DNA of 63,117 nucleotides, filler included, from Octopus bimaculoides (lineage: Eukaryota): the NCBI RefSeq assembly GCF_001194135.2. It is 4 parts of 3 records of this genome, joined end to end, with 100 filler letters (N's around TTAATTAATTAA, not from the genome) between each part and the next. Parts side by side here need not be neighbours in the genome. Positions count along the whole stretch, not along the records: positions 22,974 to 51,706 come from NC_068994.1; 3 more parts are not named here. The stretch is one strand, 5' to 3'. Made by a program: the position numbers and the translations under genes. This document shows positions 37,113 to 48,948 of this stretch, piece after piece (the stretch's first letter is position 1; each line of letters opens with the position of its first letter). The notes below the pieces were generated by a model. That model was not told the DNA's origin. It made no database searches and saw nothing but the letters and a program-made list of their open reading frames with translations.

Positions 37113-38639
37113 GAGTAGAGTGCAAAAGAGTGTAATGTAAGCAGAACAACTATGAGAATATTTAAGAGACATGAAGAGAAGTCAGACCCGTTACAATAGT
37201 GCTTCATTAATTGTTCTACTTTCATTCATTTCTACGATACGTCATCATCATCATTCAAACTTCATCGTCACTTTCGACTTCTCTCTCATCCCAATCATGT
37301 TGTTACACACGCGCGCGCACGCACGCATATATACTTTAATTTTTTTAATTTTTTTTCTTACATTTTAGTCCATTTTCCCTGCTTGCCCTTCCTGATACTG
37401 TCCTTGTTTCCTTTTCCAAGTAAAAGACGAGATATTTTGCACGTCCTCGAAACAGGACGTTGTTCACATGAAGTTGTCAATGACACTGATTGTTTATTCT
37501 TTATTTTCATATATAACAAATAAACATGTACACTTTTTTAGAACTTTGTCATTTTATAAGATTTTGTTGGCAAATTCTTAAATTAACATAAACATTTATT
37601 TACATGAAAGAAAATTACCGGAGAACTTTCTTCTAATTCTCCCAAATCTTTCTACTAAAACTGTATCTTCACGAGATAGTGTAATATGCATAATAAAAAT
37701 CAACAGAAAGAGCAAAGTTATTTCTTACAGATTTTATTCTCCTGTTATGGTCAGTATACAAAAGACTGAGGTAGTCGGCTGTTTTACAATGGTAAGGGAA
37801 TAATAACAATGATGAAGCTCACGCACATTTGGCAATAACTGCGAGTGGTGCGAATTTTAAGAAGAGATTGTTTGCTAGAAATAAAAAGACGCGCAGCGTC
37901 TGAAAGTGAAAATGACTGTCCCCTAATATTACGAAAGAATCTGTATTCATGCATATTGGAAAACTGAATGTAGGTCGGAGAAAAAAGACAAAATTGATCG
38001 AAAACAAACTAATCGAAGAATAGATACAATTTCGTTGAAATTATGATATTTTTCAAAGAAATAAATTTTAAAAATTGTAAAAAAAAAAAAATACGATGAG
38101 TTATTCAAAATATTTTGAGGAGTCGAAATTAGAAAGCGTTTAAAATAAATAGACGAGCGTGACAATGAAAATATTGATAATGTCAGTAATGGCATACTTA
38201 AAAACAAGAGTTTGTAATAAACAGACAAGCAAACAAGTGGTGAGAGTGTCTCTCTGCCCAACACGGATTTAACCGGATAAGGAAACTATTCAGGAAACAA
38301 AACAAATGCCGTTTCTGTTTATTGGCTAAAATAGGTTTCAAACGATAGCTGCATTCTTTAATAGAAAGCACCAAATGGAAAGTGCATCAAAAGTGGCTAA
38401 TCTCCAATTGGCCAGAAATAGACATGTGATGTTCAGATGTAAACAAGCTGTGGTGATCTAATTTTATCGTTCAGAATTTGACAACGTGATGAAAGTCGTG
38501 GTTTTCATCGATTTAAATAGTTATAAGACGTGCGAAACTAACCAGTCAATGGAAGCCGATTTTTACGATTTGCCTTTGACAACGACGATTTTTTGCTACA
38601 GAAGATAGTTAAAATAACTCACTTAAGGTTATATATATA

Positions 38640-41600
38640 TGTAACGGTTAGTTCCTCATTGCAGTCGAGGGTCACCAGTTGTAACGGTTGTTGTTAAGTT
38701 GCTGGTTGCCAGTGTGCAAGATGGAAGAAGAACAGTGATTGAAGTTGTACCGTTACTTTAATATATGCCATACAACGACGGGCATGTATGCGTATCATAT
38801 AAAAACAATAAAGTTATCTTTTCTTGTATGTTGTTGCTGTTTATGTTTGATCAAACTGCTAGCTGCCTAATTAGGAATTAGAGGAAAATAGAGTGAATGT
38901 TAAGTGTAGGAAGTTGATAAAATGATACCTCCATTGTGCCTGACATTTAGACAGCAGTGGTGTTGTGAAAAGACACTGTATCATAGTTGACATTCTCACT
39001 GTAAGCTTTCTCTCAGTTGAATTATCTCACTAACTGGATTTTGCCTGCGGTCGCCTCTGCGTCATCTCCTTTTTGCCAACTAACTTTTTCCTACGGTGTT
39101 TTGGTATCTATAATTATCCGAACTAGTTAGAAGAAGAGACATATTGTTGAGAATAATAGATTTCGTTGGCGGTCTGTCATCTCTAATCTAACTTTTGGTG
39201 GCCTAGAAGAGGTTAGAAGGGTCAAGTGGTAAAAACATTATTCTGCTTAGCGAAGGCATCTTGCAAATGTAACTGTTGTCACTCACAGAAAAACTATTGT
39301 TTCACCGTGAGAAAAGTGTTGTTGAACTGTTAAGTGAAATTTGGCCATCGAGGATCGAACCCACGCCATGCCTACATGAACCACTACATTACTCCCCCTC
39401 CAGAGAGGTTCCAAGAAAAGGAAACGACCACGATCAAGGAAGAGAAAGAAATGCATGGCTGAGAAAAAATTTTGCATATCAAGAGAGAGGATCATTGAAG
39501 TGTATTCGGGACAATTTTCTTTTCGGATAATTCCGAATAGTGGTGTCGCTTTGCGTACCAAAATGTGTGCAGCGAGTGACTGGGCAGTACGGAAAATGAG
39601 CGAGCGCGTGAAGGCGGACACATGAATGCAGGTGCACTTATCAAAATTCACTGTAAAATAAGCTCTGGTAAGCGAGTGAGTGTATTTTCAATCCATGATA
39701 TGGAAGATCTTCCTGCAGGATTGGAGCGTGTGAAATGCCTTGAAGGGTTTTCAGAAGTGAAATGTCTGGCGCTCTTGTGGTTAATTGCTGAGGTTAGCAA
39801 GAACGACAGTGTAGCATACTGGAGTGATGTGTGGGACATGTAATTTTCTGTATTTATTACATGACCAAACATAGGTCTAAGAGAGGGGAATTAAGTCTAA
39901 CATGAGCGCAGAGCATGTGAACATCCGACGTGCGTCGAGTCGGGAAAAGAGTTGAGCTGGCACAGCCGTGTTGAAAAACAAGGCTGTAGAGGAATAATGG
40001 AGGTGTGTGTGTGTGTGTGTGCGCGCGCGTGCAAAAGGGCTTATAGCTGAGGTAGTATGCTAGTGCAGTGATTACAAATACAGTGTATAAGTGTTGAATA
40101 TGCCAGTGATTAAGGCAGTGTTGGATATGCCAGCTGATGCATGAGGTATTAAATGCCTTGAACATGCAGGGTAAAAAGTGTGGCATGCTGGCACGTTGTA
40201 AGGGACAAACAATTTTCTCTGTGTATTCGTGACCGACCTAGGGTCTTACAGAAGCGAGTTGTGTCTAGAAGGGCGCAGGGAGCATGAAAACAAGCGAGAA
40301 AGGCATGTGTGGCGCATGAATGTGATATCGTTAGCATGTGTGTGTGTAACAATACAAACATTTCCAAAATGCACGAAAAAAAAAGTACATGCAAAATGCA
40401 ACGTGCGACAATGTGACTGAAAGAAAGTGGAAGTGCAAAATATAAATAAAATCGAGAAGGCTTGCAAACAAAAGTTCAGGTTATGAATAAATGTTCAGTT
40501 CATTTTAGTCTGATAGGATGCAAGCAGAATCAATTTTAATTTAATATAACAAACAGGAAATTGAATTAGGGCAATGCAAGTGTTAAAGGTATGGTCCTTG
40601 TGAAGTTCAGTGGAAAGAAAAATAAATAAATATGTCTTGTAGGTGCTTGTGCAGAAATTAAGGCATTGGTGCCTGTAAATCACTCACCTGGATTTGTTTT
40701 GTTTTTTTTGAAATAGAGAATATCCCGTGAAGGAACTGGAGCGATCGTCTGCTCAGGACAGCGTAGTGCCGTAAACTAACTTCGCCGGTAAGTGACCGAT
40801 ATTGTCCTTAATAGATACACGGATACCGAGCAAAATAAGCGGAAGGAATTCCATCTTATTGATTAGGTCTGGACATGAACGTATGGCTGATTTTATCTGC
40901 CTGTGGAATCTCTCCGCCATGCTGTTTACCGCTGGATGATATGCCATTGCGCGGCAGTGTTTGGAGCCGATCAGGTGCGTGAATTCACTGAAAAGGTGCG
41001 AATCGATTGCCGTCCTCTGTCTGTCGTGATGGTTGCAGGGATAACAAAGCATGATACCCAGTGTGATACCAGCGCTTTAGCGACGGTCTCCGCTGAAGTA
41101 TCTGACAGAGGGAAAGCTTCGGGCCATCGAGAAAAGCGGTCGATGCAGGTCAACAGATGCATTTAGTTGTGGGACGGTGGTAGAGGTCCGACTATATCTA
41201 TGTGGATGTGTTGAAAACGTGCGTCCGGTGTTGTGAAAGTGCCGAGAGGTGATTTTGCATGTCGTTGGATTTTCGCCTTTTGACAAGCAACGCAATTCTT
41301 AACCCAAACGCGGATGTCCTTGTTAATGTTCGTCCACACAAAACGACCTGTTATTATCTTCTGTGTGGAACGAATCCCGGGGTGTAATAGATAGTGAAAG
41401 GCAGTGAAAACACGTCGTCAGTGTTGTTCGGGGACGTAAGGGCATTCGTGACCAGTAGAAGTATCGCACCATATCTGACAGGTAGAAGATAATGGGAACA
41501 GCTGGAACTTGAGGGACGACGAATTCCGGAGCTTCTTAAGCTGTTCGTCGTTTTCCTGATCTGCCGCGATTAGCTGAAGATCGGTAGTCTCTGGAGCGTG

Positions 41601-41818
41601 CAGGGCGTTAAGATGGACGCGTGAAAGCGCGTCTGCTGCTGTGTTGTCTGAGCCTTTGATGTGCCGAATATCTGTGGAATATTGGGCGATGAAGTCGAGG
41701 TGACGGACTTCTCTGAGAGAATGGCAGTCAGGTCTTTTTCTGAAGGCATATACTAGCGGTTAAGTGAAATGTGGCTATCAAGGATCGAATCCACGCCATG
41801 CCTGCATGAACCACTACA
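38640..41818 (-). mobile_element. Internally deleted Gypsy LTR retrotransposon
   Basis: LTR starts TGTAGTGGTTCATG at 41818 and 39388 (55/60 identical). PPT TGGAGGGGGAGTAA precedes 39388. TATA flanks both ends (38636-38639, 41819-41822). Confidence 0.8.
40740..41730 (-). pseudogene. Gypsy pol remnant: RNase H C-terminus plus integrase
   Basis: HLDFIAQYSTDIRHIKGSDNTAADALSR; HIHIDIVGPLP; [16 protein letters not shown]; ITTDRGRQ; AYHPAVNSMAERFHRQIK; LVYGTTL. Frameshifted. Confidence 0.92.
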
Positions 41819-41879
41819 TATACTATTTCCATCATCTCATTTATTTGCTAACTGTTATTATTGAGGTTCAAAACATCGA

Positions 41880-42870
41880 ATGCACTGAAATGAAGGCAAT
41901 GTAATTATCATACAAGGGGCTTTATTGCAACAAAAACAAAAGCACTGATTGTAAAAGCTATTGGCATGATGAAGTTGAAATTTTTCTGGTTACCCTATCA
42001 AGCAAAACGTACGAAGCATTGTGAAAGAAACTTCTCACGATCATCCCGGCTCTGCAATCCAAATTAGAAAAAGAACCTGAGAAACTCATCAAATTTCCGA
42101 TGAACGTCTTTGCGATATTGTTGCAGAAGTTCTGAGTATTTTACCCTATATTCCACCTGTTAATGCACCATAAAGAAATAACTGCTATCTCCCCACTCAC
42201 CAAAGATCGACAAAGAATTGGCCACTAATGACTCCTGATAGTCGTTTTGATGATCCAAATAGAATCCTGTTATTTATATTCCCATCGTCCCTTCAGCACC
42301 TTAGTCAAATTTCCCATTGGCTTGTAGATGGAAAGTTCAACAACAGTCTTGATCTGTTTCACCGTGAGATGAAGTTGAAATTCATTCATAACAGTATCTA
42401 TAGAGAATTACAAGCCCTTACTCTATGCTAGAAATAACATAATTGTCCTCGAAACTATTGCTGAGATTTTCTCGAACCGTAATCTGGATTACAGCATAAT
42501 TGATATCGTGTTTTATACTAACATTAGTGTCCGTTCGTGTTTCGTTCACCTCTGTCAATCATTGTGGAGAGAAAATGAGAATTTTGAACTTATAACTCGA
42601 TTTGAATCTGATTAATCTTTTCTTCAACTTACACGGAGAATGCGCTTGTATTCATTTCCGAGATTGTTTTTCAAGTCAGAGAAATTCTGCTAAATGAGAT
42701 ACTGCCAGAATGTTTACATCTTTGGATAAATATCATGAATAACATAACGTATCATTGTTCAATCCTTTTGCATGGAATGTGTATAATATGAACGATCCTC
42801 GGTCCAAAAAGAGGCTCACACAAATAATCATATTGAAACACAGCATAGACATTTTGGTTCCATTATTTGA
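41880..42870 (+). pseudogene. MULE (Mutator-like) transposase remnant
   Basis: DSRFDDPNRILLF...SHWLVDGKF; RSCFVHLCQSLWR (CxxH motif); FAWNVY...HTNNHIETQHRHF (cf. RTNN.xEGWH); FLYWCH-like KSYW upstream. Many stops. Confidence 0.75.
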
Positions 42871-43149
42871 TTACATTCGAATGTTAATTCTGTGTTACAT
42901 GTTATATGATATTCCCATTAGGCTAAAAAGCATCGAAAGCGTTTTTCCTGATGTGCCATGTCTACAGATATCGGTGATCATAGATCTTCATCACTTCTGT
43001 CCCACATACTACTTAGTAAGTTATTGGTTTCTGGAGTTAAGTAATAAAGTTATCAAGTATCTTCTACAATATTTCTGTCATCCACGGATTCTTTTTAATT
43101 TTTCACTTGTCACTATGTGTTTAACCTTTTGGCTTTTCATTTGATGTAC

Positions 43150-43440
43150 ATGAACTTAACTTGTACCTTCCTTCTTGTGTTGACAAGAATATTTCGTGTG
43201 GTTTCTGTTCGTATAAAGATTTCAACATTTGTCACGCTATCTAAATAGACTACCTTCAATTAATTAGCCTTTGCTTGTTACGTTTCCGGTCTCATAGCGA
43301 TATGTAAAGATGGGTTCTATATGTCCCTTGAGGTATTTCTTACTTTTATTTGACAATACCGATCCCAACGAAAACAACCTTGGCCTTTCCTGTTCATGGT
43401 TTAATTTCATTGACGTTTTGCCCGTCTGATGTAAAAGCTA
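43150..43440 (-). pseudogene. RTE-clade LINE RT C-terminal fragment
   Basis: DGQNVNEIKP*TGKAKVVF; KGHIEPIFTYRYET; SVTNVEIFIRTETTRNILVNTRRK, resembling RTE EIKRRIGKAK / IEPILMYGCETW / VTNEEVL motifs. Confidence 0.65.
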
Positions 43441-44041
43441 TTGATTCGTTTCAAGGTTATTCCATTTTTATTTTGCAAATCAATATTTTATTTGAAATGG
43501 CATTTGTCTCTGTTTTTGTTTTTTTCTTTTTTAGTTATTGTCTGGGTCCTTTTTTGCATTAAAGACCAAATCCGTATATTCACTCCCATCATTATGAATA
43601 CTAATTAATGTTTATAGGGTACCAGACAAAGTCAGGTTTGGATTTAAAGGGTTAAGAGAAAATGTGTTATAAAATAGGATGCATTAACCATAGTAACAGA
43701 TAAGTAAATCTATGTTGTGAAGAAATGGAATAAGCTGACAATAGCTGGGTTGTAAATTTCAAGAAAAACAATTTGGACGTTCAAACAAAATATAAAAAGA
43801 AAAAAATGGATAGGTTCCTAGACAAAGGGCTATGAATGGGTGTACATACATACATACGTACATACATACGTACGTGCATACATATATATGCATACATATA
43901 CGTAATTGGAATTTTTTTGCTATTATTTATTCAGCATTACATGTTTATTTGCTAATAAGAATTACAAAGTTTTACATGTTAGATAGACATGTAAGGAATT
44001 TCCTATAGGAAATTTTTCAGAGAAATTAAATATATTCTACC

Positions 44042-44042
<1 letters not shown>

Positions 44043-44082
<40 letters not shown>

Positions 44083-44290
44083 NNNNNNNNNNNNNNNNNN
44101 NNNNNNNNNNNNNNNNNNNNNNNNNNNNNNNNNNNNNNNNNNNNNNNNNNNNNNNNNNNNNNNNNNNNNNNNNNNNNNNNNNNNNNNNNNNNNNNNNNNN
44201 NNNNNNNNNNNNNNNNNNNNNNNNNNNNNNNNNNNNNNNNNNNNNNNNNNNNNNNNNNNNNNNNNNNNNNNNNNNNNNNNNNNNNNNNNN

Positions 44291-44348
<58 letters not shown>
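44043..44348. repeat. (TG)n and (TC)n arrays flanking a gap
   Basis: Direct observation. Confidence 0.9.
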
Positions 44349-44350
<2 letters not shown>

Positions 44351-44735
44351 GGTCGATCAGTCCCTTATCAAAGAGTAGCTCTTTCAGTAAGTTGATTAAT
44401 GCGCCAGGGTAGATTTATCACCCTTTCTATCTACCTACATTCATTTTACCATTTTTCTGTGTAGTAATAATGCACAGATATGAAACTGATACACACAGGG
44501 GACTTAAGATTTAAAAATAGCTTGTGTATACAAACAACTATAAAAAGTTATCTTTAACATTGTAATGGCGAATGTAATGATGTAAATAAATGGCCATCTT
44601 AATAATTAATATTGTTCTTCATTCATTTCTCTGATGTATCTTGACGTTGAACTCCGTCGTTAGTACACACACACACACACACACGTATGTATGTATGTAT
44701 GTATGCATGCATGTATATATGTATGTATGTATGTG

Positions 44736-44767
<32 letters not shown>

Positions 44768-45204
44768 TGCGTGTGTGCATGCATGTTCCTTTTGTGTGGG
44801 GATGGTGACAAGATCTAAAATCTAAATATTGGTGTGTCTGTGTCCTTGCAGTAGAGATCAGTTGTAGCTGTCACATTTTCCTAAATTATTAGATGTACAG
44901 AAAAGGGATTTCCCTTTCATTCATTTCCATAGTTAAACAGGATCGATTCATGAATGCTGTTTATCAGTTTAAGAAAGTTTGCAAGGTTCTTACTTTTGTT
45001 TCAAAATATGAAGCAGTCAACCAATTAATTTTTCCATTCCCCTATTAAATAGGATTGGAAGAAATGACGAAAAGTAATTCTAGACAGAGTATATATTTTT
45101 CTTGCCGTTATCCTATTACTAGTGTTGCAGACGTCGATGGGACTTTCGTCTCCATTGTTGCGCCTAAAATATATAGGTTATATTGGTTGTCAAAATAGTT
45201 ATTT

Positions 45205-46240
45205 TCCAGTACCAACCTCAATCCTTCAATGATAAACTCTTTTGGAAACCTCTCCTGAATTCTTTGTTAGTATTTGTCTATCCAGAATTCTACTCTTTCT
45301 AATCCTAATCTGTGTGGGATATTTACATAGAGACTGGTTACATCAGCGCTAACTAGGATCGTCTCTTTATTCTTTTTGGAATATGGTTTAGGAAGTCCAT
45401 GTCATCTCTGATGAAACTAGGGACCAGTTTACACAAACGTTTCAATATTATGTAAAGCAAGTTGCTTAATCGTTGGGTGGCAGATGCTGGTCCTACAACA
45501 ACTGGACGTAATTTTAGATAAAATGATTTGGGAATGTTTACATATAGTGTGTGGAGTTCCTTCAAACTATTATTAATTTCTTTAGATTTGTGGATTATTG
45601 GAAGTCCATAAAAGTTACATTTTTCGCTTCAAAATTAGTGAGGTAATCCAACTCATCTTTCGTTACGTCATTTATTAATTTGTTAATTTGTTAATTTCAC
45701 TTCACTATTCGTGTATCTGCATTGGTTTCTAATTCTTTTTTTCAAGAAATGCTGGTCATTTAGTTATTCTAACACCATTTCTCAGTAATGGGTCGTGTCC
45801 ATTATAATAATGGTTCTTCTTTAATGACTATAGCAGAATCTTTCCGTAGACATTCCATTGTTTTTTGTTCTTCATTTGTAATGTTTGGTTTTATATAGTT
45901 TATTGGAATGTTTCAGATTGCAGATTTTTTCAGACATTTCTTTAAGTGTTTATTTCTGTCTATCGGCGGTTTAAGTCCTGCTTTGTCATTCACAAGAGAT
46001 GAATCTTCGTATTTTCTTTGGAAGAATTCCTGTAGAAGAAGTTTTCTATAAAATTACTCAGAATCTTTAATATGATCTGTCGTGTCAGGTTTGGGAGTTG
46101 GCGTGAATTTAAGTTCAAATTCTTGAAGTTTTATTTCGTCTTCCTTGAATTGTGGCTGTGAGAAGTTTATTACTTTTGGGTCAGTTGGTTAGATATTTTC
46201 TTGACTCTTTGTACCATTAGGGTTTACTTTCGTTTCTGTC
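45205..46240 (-). pseudogene. Penelope-like RT region
   Basis: KVINFS...LKFTPTP...FYRKLLLQEFF; NITNEEQK..LRKDSAIVIK; LKLRPVVVGPASATQRLSNLL...SFIRDDMDFL; ILVSADVTSLYVNIPH; LVLENNYF. Confidence 0.9.
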
Positions 46241-46943
46241 TGGAGCTCCTATTCCTTAAAAAAAGGCCTCTTGTTTTGTGAGTCATTGGTACCCTATCTT
46301 TCAGTTATTCTATTGTGTTAAGATGCATGTTAAAGTATATTTTTATAATTTCATACACACTTGGATAAAAAAAAGTACATGTTGTCCGATTATATGTCAT
46401 TTAACAATAAACTATAAAGAAGGTGACAGAGTTCACCTGAGTGTGTTACATGAAGGTATGCTACATGAAACAAGTTTGCTAACAGGGTTATGGATAACTT
46501 AATTTAAGATCTTGTAGCATGATGAAAAAGCAACCTTGGTGGGTACTTACAGATTATAAAAGTTACGTTAAAAGTTACTGGATATATATTAATTACGAAT
46601 CCCGATATATTTTACTTAGTTTCTAGTTTGTAAAATTTGAAAGTTTTGAATATTTTATGATTACAATTAAAGTTTATTTTTCTTATTTAATAGGTTATCA
46701 TTTGCTAGCAATATTCTAAATAAATTCGTGTATACAAAGTCTGCATTGACACCAACGCTGTTGCAGTGACTATAACATTTTATTCGTGGTTAAAATCAAT
46801 CCCTTGAATCTAAATTTCAAATGTGTTCAGCAAACGATGTCGAATACATCAGTTTATAATTATTGAACATTTGTGTGCCAAGGATCAGGTTTTGAAGATA
46901 TTCGACAAGGGACCAATATAATATTTACTAGTTATATAGATAA

Positions 46944-47034
46944 CTAGCAGAAATACCCGGCGTTGCCCGGGTAAAAGAGAATAATGAAATCTAAAAACGC
47001 CGTCTAGACTACGCATCATCTTTATATATAGAGA
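46944..47034 (-). mobile_element. 91-bp non-autonomous mini-Helitron
   Basis: Minus strand A|TCTCTATATATAAAG ... CCCGGGCAACGCCGGG hairpin - TATTTCTG - CTAG|T. Confidence 0.85.
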
Positions 47035-47153
47035 TGTATATACACACACGCACCCAAACACACGTATATATATGTATATCAATATAAATATATGAAAGTC
47101 AATGAAGTTTCGTAAAAGAAGGTGATCATGTACATACTTTCTTGCTGTTGTGA

Positions 47154-47302
47154 TTATAACACCTCATTGTAAACTATGTTCCTTGTTTTCCCTTGTGGAG
47201 CATATACAAATAGGTTTTTTGTTGCTGCCCACTCTTGAGCAGCCAACATACAGTTGTCCATGTGAGAAGCAGGGCTCTTCCAAGAGAAGACCAGCTACAG
47301 AC
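47154..47302 (-). pseudogene. Helitron PIF1-like helicase C-terminus
   Basis: VAGLLLEEPCFSHGQLYVGCSRVGSNK-NLFVYAPQGKTRNIVYNEVL* (one frameshift). Confidence 0.9.
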
Positions 47303-48063
47303 ANNNNNNNNNNNNNNNNNNNNNNNNNNNNNNNNNNNNNNNNNNNNNNNNNNNNNNNNNNNNNNNNNNNNNNNNNNNNNNNNNNNNNNNNNNNNNNNNN
47401 NNNNNNNNNNNNNNNNNNNNNNNNNNNNNNNNNNNNNNNNNNNNNNNNNNNNNNNNNNNNNNNNNNNNNNNNNNNNNNNNNNNNNNNNNNNNNNNNNNNN
47501 NNNNNNNNNNNNNNNNNNNNNNNNNNNNNNNNNNNNNNNNNNNNNNNNNNNNNNNNNNNNNNNNNNNNNNNNNNNNNNNNNNNNNNNNNNNNNNNNNNNN
47601 NNNNNNNNNNNNNNNNNNNNNNNNNNNNNNNNNNNNNNNNNNNNNNNNNNNNNNNNNNNNNNNNNNNNNNNNNNNNNNNNNNNNNNNNNNNNNNNNNNNN
47701 NNNNNNNNNNNNNNNNNNNNNNNNNNNNNNNNNNNNNNNNNNNNNNNNNNNNNNNNNNNNNNNNNNNNNNNNNNNNNNNNNNNNNNNNNNNNNNNNNNNN
47801 NNNNNNNNNNNNNNNNNNNNNNNNNNNNNNNNNNNNNNNNNNNNNNNNNNNNNNNNNNNNNNNNNNNNNNNNNNNNNNNNNNNNNNNNNNNNNNNNNNNN
47901 NNNNNNNNNNNNNNNNNNNNNNNNNNNNNNNNNNNNNNNNNNNNNNNNNNNNNNNNNNNNNNNNNNNNNNNNNNNNNNNNNNNNNNNNNNNNNNNNNNNN
48001 NNNNNNNNNNNNNNNNNNNNNNNNNNNNNNNNNNNNNNNNNNNNNNNNNNNNNNNNNNNNNNN

Positions 48064-48303
48064 GGAATAGTTTCATTTTTAAAGTGAAAGTATTTGACAT
48101 GAGTGTTTTTGTTTCACTTTTGACACGTAATACTTAAATAGTGGAGGAGATATTATGTTGCTGTGTGCTCGAACTCTGCAAGAAGTTAATAATTTTTTGA
48201 CTAAAACACAACTGGAACCCTAAGTAAGGCATGTGTAAAATTTGAATGAAATTGGTTGCGTAGTTCTCGAGTTTTAGGGATTCACACACACAGGCAGACA
48301 GGC

Positions 48304-48356
<53 letters not shown>

Positions 48357-48364
48357 GGCAGACC

Positions 48365-48400
<36 letters not shown>

Positions 48401-48422
48401 TTCTCATTTATATATATATAGA
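48064..48422 (-). mobile_element. Helitron 5' end with (GTCT)n array
   Basis: Minus strand A|TCTATATATATATAAATGAGAATGTCTG followed by (GTCT)n (48292-48399). Probably the 5' end of the element containing 47154-47302, across the gap. Confidence 0.7.
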
Positions 48423-48948
48423 TAGATAACTTTATATTCATAAACTGTATTTTTCCATATACAACTTCTTTTAAGAAGAAATTTCATCGCCACTCTACAC
48501 TTATAATATATAAATTACCCCTAGAACAAGTAGAGTGATATTTACGACTGTTGTATCTTTCATATTATCCTTTCCAAGTTTAAGAAGATAGCTGTGTTGT
48601 AATTTACGTGTTCACGATTAACATTAGCTCCAGTAGTATTACAATTACCTGCGCTGTTATTATTACCGGGAGTACGAGTTGAGGGTAGTTAGTAACTCAT
48701 TCTATTAACAAAGGTTTTATTGCTTGAAGTACTGTTTTTGCTCACGTTCAGGCCAATCAGTGAATGGTTTTAGCAATAAGTATAAAGTGAGATTGTTTGC
48801 GATATTATTATTATGCGAATGGAAGGAAATCAACTAGTTGTTAGCACTAATTTTGTCGGAGCAAATAATCTATATTTTCATTTGCCTGCCAGTTATTATT
48901 TTTAGAGCATGCGTTGCAATAAAAAAGATTAGAGCAATCGATATTATA

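Noticed and set aside
43166-43239. Apparent minus-strand exon with AG/GT and one open frame
   Set aside because: The peptide is better explained as an RTE LINE remnant. This shows how easily false exons arise in this window.
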